Origin: Anderseniella sp.
Lineage (GTDB): Bacteria > Pseudomonadota > Alphaproteobacteria > Rhizobiales > Aestuariivirgaceae
Length of the DNA stretch: 33,747 bases
Assembly: GCA_049679775.1 (NCBI GenBank)
Contig: JBAUGO010000200.1
Coordinates: 1 to 33,747 of the forward strand
Direction: 5' to 3'
The number at the start of each line of letters is the position of its first letter. Within the stretch, counting starts at the first letter, position 1. Positions 1-7,791 of this stretch are shown here, one piece after another. A program made the translations under genes and the position numbers. Below the pieces are notes generated by a model. It was not told the DNA's origin. It did no database searches and was given only the letters and a program-made list of their open reading frames with translations.

Positions 1-1
1 C

Positions 2-103
2 TATTTCCCCGGTCATGACCCGGTCTCATCACGCCGGGTCGGGCTTGCCTATGCCAAGTCAGTTGAGGGTGCAATTACCGGCGAAGTCATCATTGTCGAA
101 TAA
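2..103 (+). CDS. 3' end of a short-chain dehydrogenase (partial, begins before the window)
   Basis: Own translation from base 2: YFPGHDPVSSRRVGLAYAKSVEGAITGEVIIVE*, stop TAA 101-103. It resembles the C-terminus (F-PG--PV----V-LAY--SVEG--TG-V) of PRK07578-type SDRs. Not in the ORF track. Confidence 0.75.
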   Translation, partial: YFPGHDPVSSRRVGLAYAKSVEGAITGEVIIVE

Positions 104-127
104 CGGGTGAGAATAGCCGCCAAACAA

Positions 128-748
128 TCAGATCTTCTGATCGAATTCCTGCTCAAGTTCGCGGATACGTTCATCAAGGTTTTTGAGCGTCGGATTGATT
201 TGCCTGGCACGGCGTAAAGCCTTAAGGGCCTTTCTTCCATCACCTTTTTGTTGCAGGATTGAACCAAGTCCTGACAGCGCACCGTAGTGGCGTGGCTCCA
301 GCTCGAGTACTCGATCAATATCACTCAACGATGTCACAAAATCGCGACGCAGAAAATGCAGCGTTGCTCGCCGGTTCCAGCCTTCTGCAAAATCAGGGTT
401 CAACTCCACGATTGCGTCAAGAAGGATGAGTGCAGCGCCATAGTTATTCTTGTTCATGGCGTCACTGGCCTGCTTCATCAATAGATCAGCAGTTGGGCTG
501 CCTGAGCGAAGCCACAGCGTCTGGATGGCATTTTCCAGAACTGCAGCCGTATTTTCATCGCCTGCTTCGCGCAATTGGGCAAACAACCGGTCAAGAACCT
601 CTGCAGATCCCGCCGTATCGGTTTCCTTGAAAAGGTGCGGCCCGGAACCCTGGTTACCGTGGGCTTCGCCAGCCTCCTGAGCATGGGATGGACTGCCCAA
701 TGTACCCATAAGGCTAACCAGACCCAATATGGCGATGAGGTGTTTCAT
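128..748 (-). CDS. Exported tetratricopeptide-repeat (TPR) protein
   Basis: Signal-peptide-like N-terminus from ATG 748 (MKHLIAILGLVSL...SHAQ). TPR motifs include P-FAEGWNRRAT, LELEPRHYGALSGLG and INP. The ORF-track start at 787 overlaps the rpmJ terminator, so 748 is preferred. Confidence 0.85.
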   Translation of the reverse strand: MKHLIAILGLVSLMGTLGSPSHAQEAGEAHGNQGSGPHLFKETDTAGSAEVLDRLFAQLREAGDENTAAVLENAIQTLWLRSGSPTADLLMKQASDAMNKNNYGAALILLDAIVELNPDFAEGWNRRATLHFLRRDFVTSLSDIDRVLELEPRHYGALSGLGSILQQKGDGRKALKALRRARQINPTLKNLDERIRELEQEFDQKI

Positions 749-780
749 GGTGCAAAGTCTAGCATCAAGATCGCACAAGC

Positions 781-812
781 CAAACAAAAACGCTGCAAAC
801 CTCGTTGCAGCG
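781..812 (-). terminator. Intrinsic terminator downstream of rpmJ
   Basis: Perfect 8-bp stem CGCTGCAA/TTGCAGCG (791-798/805-812), followed on the minus strand by TTTTTGTTTG. Confidence 0.7.
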
Positions 813-850
813 CCTTCAAATCTTGTTGTATTGGCCGAAATCAGGCCAGA

Positions 851-976
851 TCAGCCCTGACGTGCCTTGAAACGTGGGTTGACCTTGTTGATAACATAAA
901 GCCGACCACGGCGACGTACTACTCGGTTGGCGCGGTGGCGCTTGGCAAGCGATTTCAAGGAGTTGCGGATTTTCAT
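851..976 (-). CDS. rpmJ: 50S ribosomal protein L36, type B (zinc-independent, YkgO-like)
   Basis: Own translation: [41 protein letters not shown] (41 aa), with the classic PRFKARQG ending and no Cys. It is below the ORF-track length cut-off. Confidence 0.97.
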   Translation of the reverse strand: MKIRNSLKSLAKRHRANRVVRRRGRLYVINKVNPRFKARQG

Positions 977-1050
977 CTGACCGGTCTCTCATAATCAAAG
1001 CCGCGCGAGCGTATTGAACCCAGCGCGGCCTCATGGAATAATTGAAGCGG

Positions 1051-1079
1051 AACATAGTGGCGGCGTGTGCCCGTGTCAA
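1051..1079 (-). promoter_or_regulatory. Sigma70 promoter of rpmJ
   Basis: Minus strand reads TTGACA-N17-TATGTT, about 75 nt upstream of the rpmJ ATG. Confidence 0.7.
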
Positions 1080-1098
1080 CTGTTCCGACAAGGGCAAA

Positions 1099-1320
1099 AT
1101 GACTTTCATAACAAGTTACGAAACTGCCATTACCTGGGGTGTCTTTGGCTTTGGTGTGTTCCTCATTGTACTTATGTGCTGGCGAGAATCACGTCCGAAG
1201 ACATCATTTGATGTATCAATCTGGCCAACCACACCATTTTTGCTCATTGGGGCGTTCATTGCCGTGCTCGCCCTTGTACACCTTGCCACATTATATGGCA
1301 TCCAGCCAACCAGCCGTTAA
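1099..1320 (+). CDS. Small two-helix membrane protein of unknown function
   Basis: 73 aa from ATG 1099 (AAGGG upstream). Two hydrophobic stretches (AITWGVFGFGVFLIVLMCW; PFLLIGAFIAVLALVHLATLYG) are separated by a basic/Pro loop. Confidence 0.7.
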   Translation: MTFITSYETAITWGVFGFGVFLIVLMCWRESRPKTSFDVSIWPTTPFLLIGAFIAVLALVHLATLYGIQPTSR

Positions 1321-1329
1321 ACATGAGCG

Positions 1330-1345
1330 TTAACCATGCCTTCAC
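1330..1345 (+). promoter_or_regulatory. CtrA-type binding site
   Basis: TTAA-CCATGCC-TTCAC is one mismatch from TTAA-N7-TTAAC and contains the TTAACCAT 8-mer. A further TTAA lies at 1317-1320. Confidence 0.55.
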
Positions 1346-1452
1346 CGTGTTTGCAACATGAATGCAGCCATGTGACGAGGTTCACATATCGTTCAGGCTC
1401 TCAAGGATACTGTGGCCTTATTGGACAACACATAACCTTGGTGAAGACTGCC

Positions 1453-1629
1453 ATGCCTCGTATAACCACTCATACAACTTCAACGCTCAGCACAGCTGAC
1501 GCGCTTGAAACAAACATACCGGAAAACTACCGTTGCCCGGGATATTATACATCCCATGAAAGCGGTGTCGGCCCATCCACAACAGAAATGCTCAGCGTTC
1601 TGTCCGCCATGGAGCGGTTGCTTCACTAA
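1453..1629 (+). CDS. Putative small protein (58 aa), unknown function
   Basis: ATG preceded by GGTGAAG. It lies between a CtrA-like box and a terminator-like hairpin in an otherwise empty interval of about 500 bp. No recognisable motif. Confidence 0.35.
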   Translation: MPRITTHTTSTLSTADALETNIPENYRCPGYYTSHESGVGPSTTEMLSVLSAMERLLH

Positions 1630-1660
1630 AACCAGCTGCCTGGTCGCATTTTAGAGCGAT

Positions 1661-1680
1661 AGGGAAACCTTTCCCTTTTC
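1661..1680 (+). terminator. Terminator-like hairpin after the small ORF
   Basis: AGGGAA-ACCT-TTCCCT followed by TTT. The stem is short. Confidence 0.3.
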
Positions 1681-1741
1681 AAAGGCGTTGCTCCCTGGCC
1701 GCCTTGCCACAATCCAAAATAACCAACACCCACCGAGACTA

Positions 1742-1784
1742 TTGCAAACAGAGGTTCACTGCCTCTAACATTGCTTTAGAGGCA
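1742..1784 (+). promoter_or_regulatory. Promoter with an overlapping palindromic operator upstream of the solute-binding protein gene
   Basis: TTGCAA (1742-47)-N18-TAACAT (1766-71). A perfect 9-bp inverted repeat TGCCTCTAA-N7-TTAGAGGCA (1760-1784) covers the -10/+1 region. Confidence 0.5.
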
Positions 1785-1837
1785 CATTCGGGACGTGGCC
1801 AATTATGGCCTCAGAATAACAGGGAGTTGAGTATCAC

Positions 1838-3037
1838 ATGTTACACAAGATTATAGCAGGAGCCTTGGCACTTGGTCTGTCTGCAACCGCAGCAGCAAGC
1901 ATTGCCAACGCCGCCGACAAGGTCAAAATCGGTGTCATCACCACGCTGACCACTCCAGCAGCCGTTCTTGGCGAAGAGCAAATGAACGGAATCAACCTCG
2001 CCATGGAAAATCTGGGCGGCAAGATGGGTGGCCTGCCAGTTGAGATCATCGCCGAGGACGACGGCTTCAAGCCGGACATCGGCAAACAAAAAGCCGACAA
2101 GCTTGTTGATCAGGATAATGTGGACATTGTTACCGGCATTATCTGGTCGAACACTCTGCTTGCCGTAAAAAAACCAATCCTTGACGCAGGCAAATTCCTG
2201 ATCGGTGCAAATGCCGGCACATCAAACGTGGCAGGTGCTGAATGTGATCCGAATTTCTTCTCCACCTCGTGGCAGAACGACATGGTACCAAAAGCCTTGG
2301 GCGAAGTGTTGAACCAGCGCGGCGTCAAATCGGTTTATGTGATGGCTCCCAACTACGCTGCCGGCAAGGATATGGTCGCTGGCGTGAAAAGTTCATTCAA
2401 GGGAGAAGTCAAGGGCGAAGACTTCACCAAATGGGGCAAGGAAGCACAGCTTGATTTTTCTGCCGAGCTTGCAAAGGCCAAGGCGTCAGGTGCTGAAGCC
2501 ATGTTCGTGTTCTATCCGGGCAAGGCAGGTGGTGCCTTCCTGAAACAGTTCGGCCAGGCCGGACTTGTCGGCAAGATGCAGTTCTACAACGTGTTCACCA
2601 TTGATGGTCTGTCCTTGCCAAAACTCCAGGCTGCAAATATGGAAGGCGTTGTTGACGCGCTGGATACCATGCAGTGGAGCCCTGACCTCGACAATGAGGC
2701 CAACAAGAAGTTTGTGTCGCAATATCGCGCCAAACACCAGCGTTACCCCAGTTTCTACGCAGCACAAGCCTATGATGCGATCAACCTGATCAACTCGGCA
2801 GTTGTTGAAACAGGCGGCAAGGTCGAAGACAAGGACGCGTTCCGCGCTGCCTTGAAGAAAGCCAATTACGACTCCGTTCGCGGCAAATACACCTATGGCA
2901 ACAACCACTTCCCCGTGCAGAATTATTACCTGCGCAAGGTCGTTGTTGGTGATGACGGGCAATGGACTTTCAAGACCGAAGCCACGGTCTATGAAATGAC
3001 CGGCGACGATCACGCCAAGGATTGCCCGATGAAATAA
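1838..3037 (+). CDS. ABC transporter substrate-binding protein, Liv/PBP1 type (aromatic-acid-binding subfamily likely)
   Basis: Signal peptide ending ANA; motifs KIGVITTL, EDDGFKPD, MAPNYAAGKD, LDFSAEL and YPSFYAAQAYDA; AGGGAG SD. Confidence 0.9.
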   Translation: MLHKIIAGALALGLSATAAASIANAADKVKIGVITTLTTPAAVLGEEQMNGINLAMENLGGKMGGLPVEIIAEDDGFKPDIGKQKADKLVDQDNVDIVTGIIWSNTLLAVKKPILDAGKFLIGANAGTSNVAGAECDPNFFSTSWQNDMVPKALGEVLNQRGVKSVYVMAPNYAAGKDMVAGVKSSFKGEVKGEDFTKWGKEAQLDFSAELAKAKASGAEAMFVFYPGKAGGAFLKQFGQAGLVGKMQFYNVFTIDGLSLPKLQAANMEGVVDALDTMQWSPDLDNEANKKFVSQYRAKHQRYPSFYAAQAYDAINLINSAVVETGGKVEDKDAFRAALKKANYDSVRGKYTYGNNHFPVQNYYLRKVVVGDDGQWTFKTEATVYEMTGDDHAKDCPMK

Positions 3038-3060
3038 CCAGAGTTCACCTCTGGACTTTG

Positions 3061-3096
3061 AAACCCGTCTTCAAGCAAACTTGAAGGCGGGTTTTT
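3061..3096 (+). terminator. Strong hairpin/terminator between the binding-protein and monooxygenase genes
   Basis: 15-bp stem AAACCCGTCTTCAAG-CAAA-CTTGAAGGCGGGTTT (one G-U) ending in TTTTT. Confidence 0.75.
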
Positions 3097-3114
3097 CATG
3101 AGGAGCAGACCATT

Positions 3115-4359
3115 TTGAAAATCATCATTGTCGGTGGCGGAATTGGCGGACTGGCAGCAGCTCTCATGCTGCATGACCGCGGTATCAAGGCCGAGGATTA
3201 CGAACGCTCAAACGAAATTCGCGAACTTGGCGTCGGCATCAACACCTTGCCTCATGCCATCAAGGAACTGGCAGGTATTGGCCTGTTACCGGCACTCGAC
3301 AAGGTCGCCATCCGCACCCATGAATTGATCTATCAAAACCGCCAGGGCCAGACCATCTGGCGCGAGTTGCGTGGCCTCGATGCGGGTCTCGATATGCCTC
3401 AATTTTCCATTCATCGCGGCCGCCTGCAATCGGTATTGCGCGATGCCGTCATCGAACGTTTGGGGGCTGATGCCATCAGGACTGGGCACACCTGCACCAG
3501 CATCAACCAGACCGCCACAACCGCCACGGCCGTGTTTGAAAACCGCAACACTGGTGAAGTAATTCACGTGACAGGAGACGCAATTATCGCCGCCGACGGC
3601 ATTCATTCAATGGTTCGAAAACAATTTTATCCTGATCAAGGTGATCCCAAATGGAACGGTATCATGTTGTGGCGCGGGGCCACCTTGTGGGCTCCCTTCC
3701 TGACAGGTCGTTCCATGGTCATTGCGGGAGGCATGGACGCAAAACTGGTGCTTTACCCCATTGCCAATGATGAGCGCGAAGATGGCAGGGTTTTGATGAA
3801 CTGGGCCGTAGCAGCAAAACTTGGTGATGGCTCGACGCCCATGCCCCGTCGTGAGGACTGGAACCGAGAAGGCCTCATGAGCGAGCTGTTGCCATTCGTC
3901 AAAGACACATTCAGCCTTGATGTGCTGGACCCATTGGCCCTGATAGAAGCCAGTGGCACTTTCTATGAATACCCCATGTGCGACCGTGACCCGGTGGATC
4001 AATGGACCTTCGGACGTGTCACCATGATGGGTGATGCCGCTCATCCGATGTATCCTGTTGGCTCCAATGGCGCATCACAAGCCATCCTTGATGCGCGCTG
4101 CCTGGCAGACAGACTTGCAGACAGTACCGATATCGAATTTGCGCTGAAAGCCTATGAAGCCGAACGCCTGCCAGCCACATCGGAAATCGTCAGGCAAAAC
4201 CGTGGTGGCGGACCCGAACGCGTCATTGATCTGGTCAACGCACGCGCACCCGATGGCTTTGACAAACTGGAAGACGTGGCAACCATGACAGAGCTTGAGG
4301 CAGTTGTGCGCGGCTACCAGAAAACCGCAGGCTTCGACAAGGCGAGCGTGAACAGATAG
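3115..4359 (+). CDS. FAD-dependent monooxygenase (group A aromatic hydroxylase-like, PRK07538-type)
   Basis: Motifs GGGIGG, ELGVGIN, ADGIHS and GDAAHPMYPVGSNGASQAILDA. TTG start with AGGAG SD. Confidence 0.9.
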   Translation: MKIIIVGGGIGGLAAALMLHDRGIKAEDYERSNEIRELGVGINTLPHAIKELAGIGLLPALDKVAIRTHELIYQNRQGQTIWRELRGLDAGLDMPQFSIHRGRLQSVLRDAVIERLGADAIRTGHTCTSINQTATTATAVFENRNTGEVIHVTGDAIIAADGIHSMVRKQFYPDQGDPKWNGIMLWRGATLWAPFLTGRSMVIAGGMDAKLVLYPIANDEREDGRVLMNWAVAAKLGDGSTPMPRREDWNREGLMSELLPFVKDTFSLDVLDPLALIEASGTFYEYPMCDRDPVDQWTFGRVTMMGDAAHPMYPVGSNGASQAILDARCLADRLADSTDIEFALKAYEAERLPATSEIVRQNRGGGPERVIDLVNARAPDGFDKLEDVATMTELEAVVRGYQKTAGFDKASVNR

Positions 4360-4375
4360 ATGTCTTTGAGGATAA

Positions 4376-4450
<75 letters not shown>

Positions 4451-4515
4451 GGACGCATAAATGGCTGATCAATCAGCCCATGGCCTGACACGGGATTTAC
4501 CCCATGTGTGGCGCT

Positions 4516-4544
4516 TCTATATAAGGTTGGCAGCCACCATGCAA
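4516..4544 (-). promoter_or_regulatory. Sigma70 promoter of tRNA-Val
   Basis: Minus strand reads TTGCAT-N17-TATAGA. Confidence 0.55.
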
Positions 4545-4566
4545 GGCCCGGAAACCCTGGACACCA

Positions 4567-4926
4567 TCATGCGGCGATCATGCGGCCCACTTCACTGACC
4601 AGGTCGCGCAAATGAAAGGGCTTTGACAGGATTTTGGCATCGCGTGGAGCGTCTGAATCTGGATGAAGCGCAACCGCTGCAAACCCTGTAATGAACATGA
4701 TCTTCAATGTCGGATCAAGTTCCGCCGCCCTGCGGGCAAGCTCAATACCATCCATTTCAGGCATGACGATATCCGTCAGAAGCAAGTCAACCTCACGGGA
4801 CTTCAATTCCTCGAAAGCAGAGACACCTTCACCAAAGGAATGCACTTCATGACCAGCACGTTCGAGCGCGCGAGCAAGGAAGACCCGCATGTCGTTGTCA
4901 TCTTCAGCAAGCAGAATTCGCGCCAT
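4567..4926 (-). CDS. cpdR: Single-domain response regulator CpdR (ClpXP adaptor, cell cycle)
   Basis: MARILLAEDDNDMR...LLLTDIVMPEMDGIELARRA...IMFITGFAAVAL...LSKPFHLRDLV, with a C-terminal AA. It sits between tRNA-Val and N-formylglutamate amidohydrolase, the arrangement I associate with cpdR. Confidence 0.93.
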   Translation of the reverse strand: MARILLAEDDNDMRVFLARALERAGHEVHSFGEGVSAFEELKSREVDLLLTDIVMPEMDGIELARRAAELDPTLKIMFITGFAAVALHPDSDAPRDAKILSKPFHLRDLVSEVGRMIAA

Positions 4927-5009
4927 TGACGTTACCAGCCTCTCAACCAAATTTATGAGTACGACAGATCAAGCCGCCCATCTCCCTAGCCTGACTATAT
5001 TGGCAAAGA

Positions 5010-5025
5010 GTAAACCTGATGTGAA
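5010..5025 (-). promoter_or_regulatory. Degenerate CtrA-like box upstream of cpdR
   Basis: Minus strand TTCA-N7-TTTAC (2 mismatches), followed by CAATAT. cpdR is a known CtrA target in Caulobacter. Confidence 0.3.
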
Positions 5026-5223
5026 GAGAGTTAATGTGACAAGTATTTACAATAGGTTCAACCGGGAAATTAAGCGCAAAGTCAAACTCCTCTGCCAGAA
5101 AATCTGCCTCAAACGTATACCCAACGTTGACGTACGCTTGATGTTCTGGCCTTATTATCAAGCATCTGAATACGACTTGACCAGCCCTGATTTTCTCAAT
5201 ACCAGCAATTCATCAAAGAGCTT

Positions 5224-6114
5224 ATGTCCCCTCATCGCACAAAAGTTGAAAATCACACTGGTTTTATAATTGATGCTCCAGAGCTTCAAACAGCACCTGT
5301 TGTTTTCAACTCGCCTCATTCAGGCAACAATTACAGCGATACTTTTCAGGCTCAGTCCCGACTTGACCTAAACAACCTCAGGCAGTCTGAGGATTGTTTT
5401 GTTGATGAGCTGTTTCAGATTGCTCCCGCACTTGGAGCGCCCTTGATGAAGGCAACTTTTCCAAGGGCATGGCTGGATCTCAACAGGGAACCGTACGAAC
5501 TGGACCCGACCATGTTCGAAGACGTCTTACCCGCCCACGTAAACACAACATCGGTGCGCGTCGCTGGCGGACTTGGTACAATACCTCGCATCGTAAGCGA
5601 GAGTGAAACCATCTATAATAAAAAGCTCAGCTGGGCTGATGCTGAAAATCGAATCCATAACTACTATATTCCCTACCATGACGCTCTACGTGCCCTCATG
5701 GCAGACACATTCCAGCAATTTCAGACGGCAATCCTGGTAGACTGTCATTCCATGCCTTCCATAGCGGGCCTTTCAGGATCCGGCCGTCCTGATATCGTGC
5801 TGGGAGATCGCCATGGCACCAGTTGTGCACCCTGGATTGTCAAACTACTTGAAGAACAACTTCGCGCCCACGGTTTGAAAGTTTCAAGAAACAAGCCATA
5901 TGCAGGTGGTTTCATTACGGAAAAATATGGCCGCCCACGCCAGCAAGTGCATGCCATACAAATCGAGATCAATCGCGGCCTGTACATGAACGAGGCAAAC
6001 CAAACCAAAAAAAGAGGTTTTTCTCAGGTTCAGACAATTCTGCTGGCCGTCACATCGAGACTAATCGCTCAGTCCAGGGAAAATATGCCACCCCGACGCA
6101 TCGCAGCTGAATAA
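5224..6114 (+). CDS. N-formylglutamate amidohydrolase family protein
   Basis: Motifs NSPHSG, ED.FVDEL, LDLNRE, LVDCHSMPS, DIVLGDR.G, N.PYAGGFIT and HAIQIEINR. Confidence 0.92.
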   Translation: MSPHRTKVENHTGFIIDAPELQTAPVVFNSPHSGNNYSDTFQAQSRLDLNNLRQSEDCFVDELFQIAPALGAPLMKATFPRAWLDLNREPYELDPTMFEDVLPAHVNTTSVRVAGGLGTIPRIVSESETIYNKKLSWADAENRIHNYYIPYHDALRALMADTFQQFQTAILVDCHSMPSIAGLSGSGRPDIVLGDRHGTSCAPWIVKLLEEQLRAHGLKVSRNKPYAGGFITEKYGRPRQQVHAIQIEINRGLYMNEANQTKKRGFSQVQTILLAVTSRLIAQSRENMPPRRIAAE

Positions 6115-6120
6115 CGATCA

Positions 6121-6618
6121 ATGTGCAAAACCACTGCTAATCCGGTTCACCTGGTCAAAGCCTCATCTGATGATGTGGCAGCGATATCCACCATGATCAA
6201 GGCACTTCATGAGCATGAAAGTGTTTCCATGCGCGAAGATGCCAGATGTGCTGCAATCGCTGACCTGATTTCAAAGCCAGAACAGGGCCGCATTCTCTTG
6301 ATCAAAAACGACGAAGGTCAACTGACGGGATACGTTATCCTGGCGTTTGGGTTTTCTATCGAATTTGGGGGTCGCGATGCCTATATAGACGAACTTTTCG
6401 TTATTGAAAGCTGTCGCGGGCGCGGCGTCGGATCAAGCGCACTTGAAGCAGTTTGTGGATGGGCAAGCGATTATGGTTTATGTGCCTTGCATTTGGAGGT
6501 CGAAAGAGACAATGAAACCGCAAAGGCACTTTATTTGCGTAATGGCTTTGAAGACAGACAGCGCTATCATTTGATGTCGCTGCAAATTGCGGATGTGGGC
6601 AAAAAACGGCTGACTTGA
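6121..6618 (+). CDS. GNAT family N-acetyltransferase
   Basis: Acetyl-CoA motif IDELFV...RGRGVG and LHLEV...N..A..LY...GF. Confidence 0.88.
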   Translation: MCKTTANPVHLVKASSDDVAAISTMIKALHEHESVSMREDARCAAIADLISKPEQGRILLIKNDEGQLTGYVILAFGFSIEFGGRDAYIDELFVIESCRGRGVGSSALEAVCGWASDYGLCALHLEVERDNETAKALYLRNGFEDRQRYHLMSLQIADVGKKRLT

Positions 6619-6628
6619 GACTTGATAT

Positions 6629-6724
6629 AAAAAAGGGCCGCACGGTTCAAAAGAAACGGCGGCCCAAGTCTAGGGAGGAAACGCCCTAAAAGGGCAAACG
6701 AACCAAGAAGGATCTCGTTTCGTC
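6629..6724 (-). ncRNA. suhB / MmgR (alpha-r8)-type small RNA
   Basis: Minus strand has two 5' hairpins (AAACGA/TCGTTT; GCCCT/AGGGC), the core GTTTCCTCCCTAGACTT, and a terminator GGGCCGC...GCGGCCC-TTTTTT. It is divergent from the inositol-monophosphatase-family gene, as expected. The 5' end is estimated from the promoter. Confidence 0.85.
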
Positions 6725-6731
6725 ATGGCTT

Positions 6732-6760
6732 ATATTGCACTGCACAGTGACAGTTTCAAG
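6732..6760 (-). promoter_or_regulatory. Promoter of the sRNA with an overlapping TGC-N3-GCA (PhaR/AniA-like) site
   Basis: Minus strand CTTGAA-N17-CAATAT. TGCACTGCA lies at 6736-6744, in the spacer and touching the -10. Confidence 0.55.
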
Positions 6761-6976
6761 GCAGTGCCCAAATCTTTTTTTTGACAGTCATCAATCCGAA
6801 ACGTCCACAATAAACACGTAAGGGTCTGAAAAATATTGCTTTTATAAAATAATCAGTCAAATTCTCGCAGCGAGTATCATAAATTGCATTGCTGAATTGC
6901 ATAAATCACATGTCAGAATTTTCATCACTGAACTGATTATTGTGCACTTGCAGCATAACCTGGATGTAGCATAGCC

Positions 6977-7783
6977 ATGACAGACCACAAACATGAGTCA
7001 ATATCGCCATATGCTGAGCATCTGGAATTTGCAATCGAACTGGCGCAGGCAGCTGGTCAGGTTATCCTGCCCGCTTTTCGCAATGGATTGGAAATCGACA
7101 ACAAGCTTCAAAGCGGCTTTGATCCTGTCACAGAGGCTGACCGTGATGCTGAAACAGCTATCCGCACGCTCATTGAACAGAAATATCCTGATCATGGCAT
7201 CATTGGCGAAGAACACGGCATCAAGAAATCAGATAGCGATTTCAACTGGATACTGGATCCGATAGACGGCACGCGCAGCTTCATATCGGGCACCCCAACC
7301 TGGATGACGCTTATAGCACTTTGCTACAAGGGCGAGCCTGTTGCGGGTGTCGCCTGCCAACCTTTCACAGGTGAAATCTTTGCAGGAACGACTGCCGGAT
7401 CGTTTCTGTTGCACAATGACAAGCGTCAACCTCTCACCTGCACCAGTCGGTCCAGTCTGGCTGAGGTTTTGGCAGGTACAACCGCGCAGCACCTGTTTAT
7501 TCGCCATGGTCATCACCAAAGACTGGAAAACCTGACACAGGCAGTACGCCACATACGATTTGATGCAGATGCGTATTTTCACTGCATGGTCGCAGCTGGC
7601 CAGTTGGGCATTAGCCTGGACACAGGTCTTCAATGTTATGATATCGCAGCACTCATGCCGATCGTTCAAGGTGCAGGTGGCATTGTAACCACATGGGATG
7701 GCGGTAATGCTGCGAATGGGGGCGATATTCTGGTTTCCGCCAATGCAGACCTGCATCAACAGGCAATGCAACTGCTGAAATGA
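6977..7783 (+). CDS. hisN: Histidinol-phosphatase, inositol monophosphatase family
   Basis: Motifs FDPVTEAD, PDHGIIGEE, WILDPIDGTRSFISG.P.W and YDIAAL.PIV.GAGG. Confidence 0.8.
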   Translation: MTDHKHESISPYAEHLEFAIELAQAAGQVILPAFRNGLEIDNKLQSGFDPVTEADRDAETAIRTLIEQKYPDHGIIGEEHGIKKSDSDFNWILDPIDGTRSFISGTPTWMTLIALCYKGEPVAGVACQPFTGEIFAGTTAGSFLLHNDKRQPLTCTSRSSLAEVLAGTTAQHLFIRHGHHQRLENLTQAVRHIRFDADAYFHCMVAAGQLGISLDTGLQCYDIAALMPIVQGAGGIVTTWDGGNAANGGDILVSANADLHQQAMQLLK

Positions 7784-7791
7784 AAACCCGC

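Noticed and set aside
575..1109. ORF-track entries 575..994 (+) and 816..1109 (-)
   Set aside because: They overlap the TPR gene and the clearly recognisable rpmJ with its promoter and terminator, and have no motifs. They are shadow ORFs.
4889..5269. ORFs 4889..5269 (+) and 4943..5161 (-) in the cpdR/amidohydrolase gap
   Set aside because: AT-rich divergent promoter region; the ORFs overlap real gene starts or promoter elements and lack SD or motif support.
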